From positions 45,363-109,362 of the forward strand of contig JBAYIR010000003.1 of NCBI GenBank assembly GCA_041665505.1: DNA of 64,000 nucleotides, written 5' to 3'. Both the position numbers and the translations under genes were made by a program. Origin of the DNA: Patescibacteria group bacterium (GTDB lineage: Bacteria > Patescibacteriota > Patescibacteriia > UBA1558 > GWA2-36-10). The notes below the pieces were generated by a model. The model was not told the DNA's origin, did not search any database, and saw nothing but the letters and a program-made list of their open reading frames with translations. Of this stretch, positions 30,491 through 38,846 are shown piece by piece. How positions within the stretch are numbered: position 1 is the stretch's first letter; each line of letters begins with the position of its first letter.

Positions 30491-32415
30491 TGTTTGGTTT
30501 TAACAAAATAAAACAAGCGCAAAAAGTTTCCAAAATTGACAAAGACTTAGAAAGATTGTCAGGTAATTCTCGACCGCAGATATCTCCTCAGGAACAAGTC
30601 ACTAAAGAAAAGAAACTGATTGAAGCGGAAAGAGTCTTTAGAGAGGGGATTGTCTCAGTTAGAGATATTGTGGCTCCAGCCGCTTTAAAGATTGATCCAC
30701 AATATTTGCAACTAAATAATCTTTTTGTCCGGACTTTATTTGTCATGACTTATCCACGTTATGTAACTATTGGTTGGTTTGCTCCGATTATCAACGAAAG
30801 TTTGACTTTGGATATTTCTATGTTTTTTTATCCTTTGGATATCCAAATGGTCCTTAAACAATTGAAAAATAAAGTCGGTACTATGGAAGCTCAGATTATA
30901 TCTGATCATGAAAAAGGAGCACCTCGTGATCCTATTTCGGAGACCGCTTTGCAAGATATAGAAGGTTTACGAGACGGCCTGAGTCAGGGGACGGAAAAGT
31001 TTTTTCAATTTGCTCTTTATGTCACTATTTATGCTAAAGATAAAAATGAACTTGATTTAGCTAGCGACAGAATAGAAAATCTTTTGGGTATGCAGTTGAT
31101 TTATTCTCGTCGGGCCTTATTTCAAGCCGAGCAAGGTTTTAATTCTACTTTACCTTTAGGTAATGATGAATTGGGCATTGCTACCAATATGAATAGTTCT
31201 CCTATTGCTTCATCATTTCCTTTTGTTTCCTCTGAGCTGACTTCTGATGATGGTATTTTATATGGTATTAATCGACACAATAACAGTTTGATATTATTTG
31301 ATAGATTTTCTTTACAAAATGCCAATATGGTGGTTTTTGCTACTTCTGGGGCTGGTAAAAGTTATGCTATCAAATTGGAAGTTTTACGTTCTATGATGCT
31401 GGGATCGGATGTTATTATTATTGACCCAGAAAATGAGTATCAGCATCTTTCTGAAGCGGTTGGTGGCGCTTATATCAATGTATCTTTAAATTCGGAAAGC
31501 AAACTAAATCCTTTTGATCTGCCTAGAGGTGTAGGAGGGGACAGTAAGCCAGAAGACATCATTAGAAGTGCTATTATTACCCTTAAGGGCTTAATACGTC
31601 TAATGATTGGTGATATTACCAATGGTGAAGATTCACTCTTGGATAGGGCTATACTAGAAACTTATGCCAAAAAAGATATTACGCCGGCTAGTGATTTGGC
31701 CAATATCGAAGCACCTATTATGTCTGATTTGGAAGAAATATTACTTAGTATGGAGGGTGGTGAAGATATGGCTCTACGTATTAAAAAATATACCGAAGGT
31801 ACTTTTTCCGGCTTGTTTAATAGTCCAACCAATATCAAAGTAGATAATCAATTGGTAGTATTTTGTATTAGAGATTTAGAAGATGAGCTTCGTCCGATAG
31901 CTATGTATATGATTATGACTCACATCTGGAATATTATCAGGAGTGAGCTCAAGCGTAGAATGTTGGTAGTAGATGAAGCTTGGATCATGATGAGGCATGA
32001 AGATAGTGCCAAATTTATGTATGCTTTGGTCAAACGCTGTCGTAAATATTATTTGGGAGTGACGACTATTACCCAAGATGTCAACGACTTTTTGACTTCT
32101 ACTTATGGTAACGCCATTGTTAATAACTGTGCTCTGCAGTTACTGCTCAAACAAACTCCAGCCGCAGTCAATTTGGTTCAACAAACCTTTATGTTGACCG
32201 AAGGAGAAAAATATCTTTTACTAGAAGCTGGCTTGGGAGAGGGTATATTTTTTGCTGGGGCCAAACACGCTGCTATAAAAATTCAAGCTTCCTATGCTGA
32301 ACACCAAATCATTACTTCTGATCCAAGACAGCTGATAGAGATAGAAGAAGCAAAAAAGGAATTTGAAGAGCAGATGATGGCCGAAGCAGAAGAGAATCCC
32401 AATCAAAAAAAATAG
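30490..32415 (+). CDS. VirB4/TraC-family T4SS ATPase, C-terminal ATPase domain (split VirB4, part 2)
   Basis: Walker A FATSGAGKSYAIK, Walker B MLVVDEAW, and later ITQDVNDF motif; 641 aa. Confidence 0.85.
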   Translation: MFGFNKIKQAQKVSKIDKDLERLSGNSRPQISPQEQVTKEKKLIEAERVFREGIVSVRDIVAPAALKIDPQYLQLNNLFVRTLFVMTYPRYVTIGWFAPIINESLTLDISMFFYPLDIQMVLKQLKNKVGTMEAQIISDHEKGAPRDPISETALQDIEGLRDGLSQGTEKFFQFALYVTIYAKDKNELDLASDRIENLLGMQLIYSRRALFQAEQGFNSTLPLGNDELGIATNMNSSPIASSFPFVSSELTSDDGILYGINRHNNSLILFDRFSLQNANMVVFATSGAGKSYAIKLEVLRSMMLGSDVIIIDPENEYQHLSEAVGGAYINVSLNSESKLNPFDLPRGVGGDSKPEDIIRSAIITLKGLIRLMIGDITNGEDSLLDRAILETYAKKDITPASDLANIEAPIMSDLEEILLSMEGGEDMALRIKKYTEGTFSGLFNSPTNIKVDNQLVVFCIRDLEDELRPIAMYMIMTHIWNIIRSELKRRMLVVDEAWIMMRHEDSAKFMYALVKRCRKYYLGVTTITQDVNDFLTSTYGNAIVNNCALQLLLKQTPAAVNLVQQTFMLTEGEKYLLLEAGLGEGIFFAGAKHAAIKIQASYAEHQIITSDPRQLIEIEEAKKEFEEQMMAEAEENPNQKK

Positions 32416-32471
32416 ATTTAATATTATTTATATAAATTATATTTTATTCCAGCATAAATTAATAAAAAAAT

Positions 32472-33023
32472 ATGGATAAAGACAAAAGAAAAAAAATATT
32501 ATGGGCCGTAGCAATTGTGATATTACTTTTGGCTCTTTTACTTTGGGTACTGAGAACCTCAGATAAAAATCCTAATGTTAATGAAAATAATAATACACCA
32601 CCAGTTTTTGTCCCACCTAGCACCAATATAGAGTATGATCCTTTGGCAGTACCAAAACAAAATTCTACAGAATTTTCGGCTATCAATTTAGCTAAATCTT
32701 ATATTGCTAGATTTGGTTCTTGGTCTACTGATAATCAAGGAGCCAATCTTAAGGAATTATTGCCTCTAAGTAGCCCCAAAATGCAGGAATATTTGGCTAG
32801 TATTGAATTGAATTTTGCCAAACAGGAGTTTAGCGGCAATACTACGAAGAGTCTGAGTGCTAAGATTATTAATATTAATGATAATGAGGCGGAAATATTG
32901 GTTAATACTCAAAAAATTAATACTAAGGCCAATTTAGAGCAGGAAGTTTATTATCAAGAAGCTTTAGTCAAATTAATTAAATCAGGAGAAACGTGGTTAG
33001 TAGATCAAGTTGAGTGGAAATAA
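32472..33023 (+). CDS. VirB8/PrgL-like bitopic protein (N-terminal TM plus NTF2-like domain)
   Basis: TM helix ILWAVAIVILLLALLLWVL, then a ~150-aa domain with NTF2-like features (AKSYIARFGSWSTDN ... ETWLVDQVEWK). Confidence 0.4.
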   Translation: MDKDKRKKILWAVAIVILLLALLLWVLRTSDKNPNVNENNNTPPVFVPPSTNIEYDPLAVPKQNSTEFSAINLAKSYIARFGSWSTDNQGANLKELLPLSSPKMQEYLASIELNFAKQEFSGNTTKSLSAKIININDNEAEILVNTQKINTKANLEQEVYYQEALVKLIKSGETWLVDQVEWK

Positions 33024-33036
33024 TTTTATTTAATTT

Positions 33037-33522
33037 ATGCCAGGAGGTTTTGATACGCCATTTGAACAGACCAGAGTCCAATTGCAGTTAGATGAGGAGG
33101 AACAAGCTCAAAATCCTGCCACCAAAGCTACGCAGGAAGCTTTTAGAAGGCGCTTGTTAGCCGAAAAAAAAGCTTTGAAAGAAAAAGCCACTGATGCAAT
33201 TAAAAAGAAATTAGCTCAGAAAGTAGGCACGCGTTTAGTTTTGCGGGTAGTAGGGGCAGCTTGTGCATCTTCCATAATATTTCTTATTGTTACTTGGCTT
33301 ATTTGGACAGTTCAAGCTTTGGCTGGTAATTTGATGGGTTCCAAGTGGATACCAGAATTGGAATGGTGGGAAATTATCCTTTGGGGCATATTGACCATTA
33401 TAATATTAGCCATTGTAATAATACTAATAACATTATCGTCAATAGCTATAGTATTTTCCAATCCACTTTTGGCTATTAGTATCTTGGGAACAATAATTTT
33501 TGAGGCGGTCACAGGTTCATAA
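33037..33522 (+). CDS. Small membrane protein (hydrophilic N-terminus plus 3 TM) in the T4SS-like operon
   Basis: 161 aa with a charged coiled N-terminus, then three hydrophobic helices. Confidence 0.5.
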   Translation: MPGGFDTPFEQTRVQLQLDEEEQAQNPATKATQEAFRRRLLAEKKALKEKATDAIKKKLAQKVGTRLVLRVVGAACASSIIFLIVTWLIWTVQALAGNLMGSKWIPELEWWEIILWGILTIIILAIVIILITLSSIAIVFSNPLLAISILGTIIFEAVTGS

Positions 33523-33537
33523 AATAAATTAAGCGTT

Positions 33538-34758
33538 ATGGATAAGAAAAAAATTTTAATGGTAGTGGCTTTTATTCTCCTAGTGTTGGGCTTAAGCTTT
33601 GCTTTGTATTGGGTATTTTTTAGATCCACTCCACCAGTGACACCTCCAGACGATTTTAATGCTGGTAATTTACCAGGTATTGGTGATGGTAATGTTACTA
33701 TTGTCAATCAAAATACCAATACTAATAATAATGGTTTACCTTGGCAAATATATGTTCCAGATAAAGTTTCAGATGTGGCTAGTGGAGGACTAACCAAAGT
33801 TGATGAATTGGTAAACAATGAAGTGAAAGGTTTGACTACTAGCCCCAATGGCTTACAATATTATGATACCAATACTCAAAAATTTTATCGTATCAATGAA
33901 AATGGACAGATTGAAGAATTGAGTAATAAGGCATTCTATAAAGTAGATACTGTGACTTGGGCTGGTAATGGTGATAAGGCTATTTTGGAGTACCCAGATG
34001 GGTCAAATATTTTATATAATTTTAGCACTGGTAAACAAGTAACTTTACCAGCCGAAATGGAAGATTTTTCTTTTGATGCTTCTAATAGCAAAATTGCTGC
34101 CAAATGGATTGGTCCTAGTGAAGATGACAATTGGCTAGTAGTCTCCAATGATGATGGTTCAGGTATGGCTTTGATTGAGCCTTTAGGAGATCAAACACAC
34201 ACTACTTTTGTTGGCTTTTCTCCTGATAATCAAGTAGCGGTGATGCATAGTAAATATGTTGATGCCCAAAGGCAAGAGGTCTATCCGCTTGGCTTAAATG
34301 GCGAATCATTTAAGTCTTTTATAGTCAATGGAGCTGGTTTTGATTATGATTGGTCTCCAGAAGGTAATAGTATGATTTATAGTGTTTATAATGGAGACAC
34401 AAACTATAATCCTAATCTTTGGGTGACCAACGGTCAGACCAGTGAATTGGGTGACATCAAAGTATCTCTCAATATAGCTACTTGGCCAGACAAATGCACT
34501 TTTGCTGGAGAGGACGCTATGTATTGTGCAGTACCACAAGGGCTACCTCGCGGAGCAGGACTCTATCCAGAAATAGCTGATCGTTATCCAGATAATTTTT
34601 ATTATATAAATTTGAATTCCGGCACCAAAAATTTGATTGCCTCTCCAATAGGAGCTAGCGGTAGTTATACTGCCCATAATCTTTTTAGATCACCAGATGG
34701 ATCCTTATTATATTTTACTGATGGCAGTGGAAATTTACAAAGTATTAGATTAAAATAA
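33538..34758 (+). CDS. Membrane-anchored beta-propeller (TolB/PD40-like) protein
   Basis: N-terminal TM, then repeated WSPEGNSMIYSV / FSPDNQVAVMHS / WAGNGDKAILEY blades typical of PD40/TolB propellers. Confidence 0.5.
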   Translation: MDKKKILMVVAFILLVLGLSFALYWVFFRSTPPVTPPDDFNAGNLPGIGDGNVTIVNQNTNTNNNGLPWQIYVPDKVSDVASGGLTKVDELVNNEVKGLTTSPNGLQYYDTNTQKFYRINENGQIEELSNKAFYKVDTVTWAGNGDKAILEYPDGSNILYNFSTGKQVTLPAEMEDFSFDASNSKIAAKWIGPSEDDNWLVVSNDDGSGMALIEPLGDQTHTTFVGFSPDNQVAVMHSKYVDAQRQEVYPLGLNGESFKSFIVNGAGFDYDWSPEGNSMIYSVYNGDTNYNPNLWVTNGQTSELGDIKVSLNIATWPDKCTFAGEDAMYCAVPQGLPRGAGLYPEIADRYPDNFYYINLNSGTKNLIASPIGASGSYTAHNLFRSPDGSLLYFTDGSGNLQSIRLK

Positions 34759-34761
34759 ATT

Positions 34762-35553
34762 ATGTTTATGAAAAACAAAAATTTAATTATTTTAGGATTT
34801 CTGATAGTTTCTTTCTCAATATTCTTATCTAGCATCAATGTTCAAGCAGCTGGATCGGCCACAGATTTGACCTATAGACCCAATGTGCCATTACCTATTA
34901 CTATTGGGGGCATCAATTTTGCCGGCACCAATGTGATCACTGGCGGAGATTTTTTAGCCAAATATATTGTGGCTATTTATAGCTATGGAGCAGGCTTTGC
35001 CGGAATTATAGCGATGTTTATGCTAGTTATTGCTGGTTGGAAATGGCTAATGGCTGCTGGTAATGCTCAAAAAATCAGCGGCGCCAAGGATATTATAAAT
35101 GGCGTGCTAATTGGTTTGGCTTTACTTTTCGGTGGACAATTACTACTAAGACAAATTAGTCAAAATTTTAGTTCCGTGCAGAGCTTGAGTGTCAAATTAC
35201 CAGAAGCAGCTCTAAGAGCTATCTCAGCTAACCAGGCCACTGTAGACTGGTGTCAGGAAAAGAAAGGAGCTGATGGAGATGGTGGTGAGTGCTCTGATTA
35301 TGTCACGGAAGCAAATTGTGCAAATGATGTTTGTGTTTTTTTAGAAAATCCAAGAGATTTTGATAATCGTTGTATACCAGATTTTGATAGAGCTGGGATT
35401 TTTGAAAGATGTAGTGATTGTCCTAATCGCTGTGATTGTGAGGATAATTATTCCTCGATTTTTTATAGGAATATAGATGCTTGTGATTGTGATGAGGATG
35501 GTTTATGGCCAGACACAAATGGCTGTGATGGCATTGTAGAAATACCTACTTAG
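34762..35553 (+). CDS. VirB2/TrbC-like pilin with a Cys-rich C-terminal extension
   Basis: Signal peptide ending VQAAGS. Two hydrophobic helices separated by a short polar loop (YIVAIYSYGAGFAGIIAMFMLVIAGWKWLMAAGNAQKISGAKDIINGVLIGLALLFGG), which is VirB2 topology. A ~110-aa tail follows with 14 Cys and a DGDGGEC motif. Confidence 0.5.
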   Translation: MFMKNKNLIILGFLIVSFSIFLSSINVQAAGSATDLTYRPNVPLPITIGGINFAGTNVITGGDFLAKYIVAIYSYGAGFAGIIAMFMLVIAGWKWLMAAGNAQKISGAKDIINGVLIGLALLFGGQLLLRQISQNFSSVQSLSVKLPEAALRAISANQATVDWCQEKKGADGDGGECSDYVTEANCANDVCVFLENPRDFDNRCIPDFDRAGIFERCSDCPNRCDCEDNYSSIFYRNIDACDCDEDGLWPDTNGCDGIVEIPT

Positions 35554-37632
35554 TTATTCCAAATGAGTTTCGGTTTTTAGAGTATTGATAGTTTTTTGGA
35601 GATCTTGTCGCTCTATATATTTTTGATCAGTCAATATTTCCTGAGCCCATAATTGGGCTTTTTTGATTAGGTTGACATCTGATAATTTGGCTATTTTTAG
35701 CTTGATTAAGCCCGTTTGTTTATTACCGAATATTTCACCACTACCGCGCAGTTCTAGGTCCAAATCAGCCAATTTAAAGCCATCATTGCTTTGACACAGT
35801 GCCTTAAGCCTCTTGGTATTTAGTTGAGAATGATCGCTAGTAAATAGCATACAAAAACTGGCCAAGTTATTCCTGCCAATACGACCTCGGAATTGGTGTA
35901 ATTGGCTCAGTCCAAATCTTTCAGCACTTTCAATAATCATAATAGTAGCTCCAGGAATGTCTACCCCTACTTCAATTACCGAAGTAGCTACCAAAATGGG
36001 AAATTTATTATTTTTAAAATCTTCCATTATTTTTTCTTTGGTTTCAGATGGTAATTTACCATGTAGCATCCGGATATCTAAGTTCGGGAAAATTTCTTGA
36101 CTGAGCTTTTGGTATTCAGCTGTGACTGATTTGACACCCAATTTGTCGCTGTCATCTATCAAAGGACAAATAACAAAAACTTGTTCTTGTTTTTGTATTT
36201 TTTCCAATATAAATTTATAAGCGTCAGACCGTTTACTATCAGGCACCAAAAAAGTTTTTATATCTTGCCGACCGGCTGGTTTTTCTTGAATCAGGGATAT
36301 GTCCAAATCTCCATAAAGAGTCAGAGCTAGAGTGCGAGGAATAGGAGTGGCCGTCATAGATAAAAGGTGTGGTGCTTTATTATCTATATTTTTATCTTTG
36401 AGAGCTTTTCTTTGTCTGACACCAAAGCGGTGTTGCTCATCTATAATGACTAGGGCCAGGTGCTTAAAATTTACTTTTTCTTGAATCAAACTGTGCGTGC
36501 CAACGACAAATTTTATACTAGCTTGGGCTATTTTTTGACTTAGTATCTTTTTGCTGATTTCTTTATCATCACCCAATTTTTGGCTGCTGCTAGTCAGTAG
36601 TGCTAAGTGGGGGAGATATTGATTTGGTAATAGTTTTTTGATACTAGTAAAATGCTGTTTGGCTAGTATTTCAGTGGGAGCCATTAGAGCTACTTGCAGT
36701 CCGCTAGCTATGACACTTAAAGCGGCCAAAATAGCTACTATAGTCTTACCAGAGCCAACATCTCCTTCTACTAGTCTATTCATTGGTACGGCCTTGTTTA
36801 AATCAGCCAAGATATCATAGAGGCTTTTTTGCTGATCCAAGGTCAATTGCCAAGGCAAATCTTTTATGATTTGGTTGGTCAATTTATTGTCTAGTGGTAT
36901 TTGGTAAGTAGCTTGTGATTGATAATTTTTCTTGGCCAATTGGTATTTTATTTGTAAATAAAATAATTCTTGGAATTTTAATCTATTGCTAGCTTTATTT
37001 AGAGCCTTTTGGTCAAGAGGGAAATGAATCGTCTTAAGGGATTCTTCTAGCCAAGGGTATTTTTCTTTGTTTAATATTTCTACTGGCAGAGGATCATCTA
37101 AACTAGGTAGTTCTTTGATAGCTTTGTTTATCAAAAAACGTAGTTGTTTTTGGGTGATTTTGCCACTCAAATGATAAATTGGCACCAAGCGGCCGCTATG
37201 GATAGGGTCTATTTTTGTTTTTTCATAATTGGGGCTGACAAATTGCCAAAGAGATTTTTTGGCTTTTACTTTACCACTCAAATAGACCTCATCACCTACT
37301 TTTAGTATTTGAGAAATAAATTTTTGTCTAAACCAAATAGCTTCCACTTGACCGCTGGCGTCTTCAGCCAATATTTCTGTTATCATCATTTTGGCTCGCC
37401 AAGCACGATAAGTTTTTATTTTTATTATTTTGACAAAGACACTATTTACTTCTTCTGGATCAATGTCTTTGATTTGTTTTATTTCAGAGAGGTCAGCATA
37501 GCGGTAGGGGAAATACCAAAGAAGATCGCCGATAGTGTGGATGTCCATTTTTTTTAAATCACTAGCAAGATTGGCTGCTATAGCATGCAGATTTTTTATA
37601 TCCAAGTTCCAATTTAAAATCGCCTTGCTCAT
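35554..37632 (-). CDS. recG: ATP-dependent DNA helicase RecG
   Basis: N-terminal wedge/OB region. Helicase motif I VEGDVGSGKTIVAILAAL, DEQHRFG (motif II), and C-terminal helicase motifs; 692 aa. Confidence 0.9.
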   Translation of the reverse strand: MSKAILNWNLDIKNLHAIAANLASDLKKMDIHTIGDLLWYFPYRYADLSEIKQIKDIDPEEVNSVFVKIIKIKTYRAWRAKMMITEILAEDASGQVEAIWFRQKFISQILKVGDEVYLSGKVKAKKSLWQFVSPNYEKTKIDPIHSGRLVPIYHLSGKITQKQLRFLINKAIKELPSLDDPLPVEILNKEKYPWLEESLKTIHFPLDQKALNKASNRLKFQELFYLQIKYQLAKKNYQSQATYQIPLDNKLTNQIIKDLPWQLTLDQQKSLYDILADLNKAVPMNRLVEGDVGSGKTIVAILAALSVIASGLQVALMAPTEILAKQHFTSIKKLLPNQYLPHLALLTSSSQKLGDDKEISKKILSQKIAQASIKFVVGTHSLIQEKVNFKHLALVIIDEQHRFGVRQRKALKDKNIDNKAPHLLSMTATPIPRTLALTLYGDLDISLIQEKPAGRQDIKTFLVPDSKRSDAYKFILEKIQKQEQVFVICPLIDDSDKLGVKSVTAEYQKLSQEIFPNLDIRMLHGKLPSETKEKIMEDFKNNKFPILVATSVIEVGVDIPGATIMIIESAERFGLSQLHQFRGRIGRNNLASFCMLFTSDHSQLNTKRLKALCQSNDGFKLADLDLELRGSGEIFGNKQTGLIKLKIAKLSDVNLIKKAQLWAQEILTDQKYIERQDLQKTINTLKTETHLE

Positions 37633-37693
37633 TTGTGATGTTTTAATAAGCTGGACATGTATTGCCCAGCTTAGTTTTTTGCTTTTTTATATT

Positions 37694-38263
37694 TTATAAT
37701 TTTAGGATTTTTGTAATGCTTTCGCTAGTCGGAATTTCTTCTTTTTTTGTGTCTTCCTCTAGATACTGGAGTAGTATTTGGCGGATATAGACTGGGTTTT
37801 CATTTTCCAAAGGAATTACTATTCTTTGTTTGAAGAAACTTTTTGTTTCTAGATATAGATTTTTTATTTCTGGGGGGTAATATATTATGTAGAAAGCACG
37901 AAAATCTTCATAAGGGATAAATTTACTGCCAATAAATATACCGTCTTCGGTGATTGCTGTTTCTACAGTGACGGGCTCAGCTTTAGCTGAGCTTAGGTAA
38001 ATTATAGCAAAGATAGCCAGGATAATAGCAAAGAGTAGATTATTAGAAAAATAAGAATAAATTAATAGAGCTAAAAATATAACAATAAAACCTATATACC
38101 ATAATTTACTTCTTTCATATTTTATGAATTCAGGAAAATCCCAAAGGGCCAAAATTCTTCCATAGTCACTTTCTAGAGGGTCTAAAGTTTCTGCTTCTTC
38201 AATTTTTTCCTCTATTTTTGGCTCTTGGCTAGTGTTTTTTTTAGCTTTAGTACTTTTTGGCAT
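37694..38263 (-). CDS. Hypothetical membrane protein. The start is likely the internal MPKSTKAKK rather than the 38335 ATG.
   Basis: Two TM helices and a charged N-terminus. Bounded by recG and the tRNA cluster. Confidence 0.45.
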   Translation of the reverse strand: MPKSTKAKKNTSQEPKIEEKIEEAETLDPLESDYGRILALWDFPEFIKYERSKLWYIGFIVIFLALLIYSYFSNNLLFAIILAIFAIIYLSSAKAEPVTVETAITEDGIFIGSKFIPYEDFRAFYIIYYPPEIKNLYLETKSFFKQRIVIPLENENPVYIRQILLQYLEEDTKKEEIPTSESITKILKL

Positions 38264-38387
38264 ATTTTTTATTATATATATAAGTTTATTATAACATATT
38301 CGTTGCATTTCTACCATTGTTGTAGCTCTTGTCAAAAATGATATAATATACTATTATATACCAGTCTTTTATCTTATGGAGAGTTGG

Positions 38388-38444
38388 CAGATCCCGCAGG
38401 GCGGGACCCCGCTACGCGGGGGCGGCTTAAAAAGTTCTTGAGTC
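38388..38444 (+). repeat. Miniature copy of the tRNA-Ser-targeting element: a 14-nt duplicate of the tRNA-Ser(TGA) 5' end plus a 43-nt GC-rich double hairpin
   Basis: ggagagttggcaga is identical to nt 1-14 of the downstream tRNA. It is followed by tcccgc-agg-gcggga and ccccgc-tac-gcgggg hairpins. About 90% identical to the copy at 38847-38903. Confidence 0.6.
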
Positions 38445-38470
38445 TTTGGAAAGAATAATTTATTTTATAT

Positions 38471-38558
38471 GGAGAGTTGGCAGAGCGGTCGAATGCGGCG
38501 GTCTTGAAAACCGTTGAGCCGAAAGGTTCCGAGGGTTCGAATCCTTCACTCTCCGCCA
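38471..38558 (+). tRNA. tRNA-Ser (anticodon TGA), long variable arm, encoded CCA
   Basis: Manual cloverleaf: 7-bp acceptor GGAGAGT/ACTCTCC, anticodon loop CTTGAAA, long extra arm, T-arm GAGGG-TTCGAAT-CCTTC. Confidence 0.9.
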
Positions 38559-38692
38559 TTCGATTCCGTCGCGTATGACGCGACTTCACTCATGGCCTTC
38601 GGCCACTTATTTGGTATATAAAGTGATAAGTTGTCGAATGTCCTGAGCGATCCCGAGCATAGCGAGGGAGAGTCGAAGGGCAGGAGTATATT
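38553..38692 (+). repeat. Repeat R1 copy 1 (~95-nt well-conserved core within a ~140-nt span), immediately 3' of tRNA-Ser(TGA); second copy at 62189-62320
   Basis: About 93% identity over attccgtcgcgtatgacgcga ... ggccttcggccacttatttggtatataaagtgataagtt.tcgaatgtcctgagcga. Contains a gtcgcgt-atg-acgcgac hairpin and a ggcc-ttc-ggcc hairpin. Confidence 0.7.
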
Positions 38693-38727
38693 ACCGATAG
38701 GCAGTAGTTACTTTGTTTTTTTATCAT

Positions 38728-38803
38728 GTCCTCGTAGCTCAATGGATAGAGCGTTTGGTTGCGGTCCAAAAGGCTGCAGGTTCGATTCCTGCCGGGGACA
38801 CCA
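38728..38803 (+). tRNA. tRNA-Arg (anticodon reads GCG), encoded CCA
   Basis: Manual cloverleaf: acceptor GTCCTCG/CGGGGAC, D-stem GCTC/GAGC, anticodon stem TTTGG/CCAAA with loop TTGCGGT, T-arm GCAGG-TTCGATT-CCTGC. Confidence 0.8.
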
Positions 38804-38846
38804 CACTTCGCTAAAGTAAGGTTGTTTATTAAAATTTATTTATTTA

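Noticed and set aside
30486-30492. Treating the VirB4 split as a certain pseudogene
   Set aside because: The exact TAATG stop/start overlap and intact domains on both sides favour a real two-gene arrangement. A frameshift error cannot be excluded without reads, so it is reported as a finding instead.
38374-38819. ORFs 38374-38589 (minus) and 38631-38819 (plus) proposed in the tRNA cluster
   Set aside because: They overlap tRNA-Ser(TGA), repeat R1 and tRNA-Arg. Their GC-rich 'protein' reflects structured RNA/DNA rather than coding sequence.
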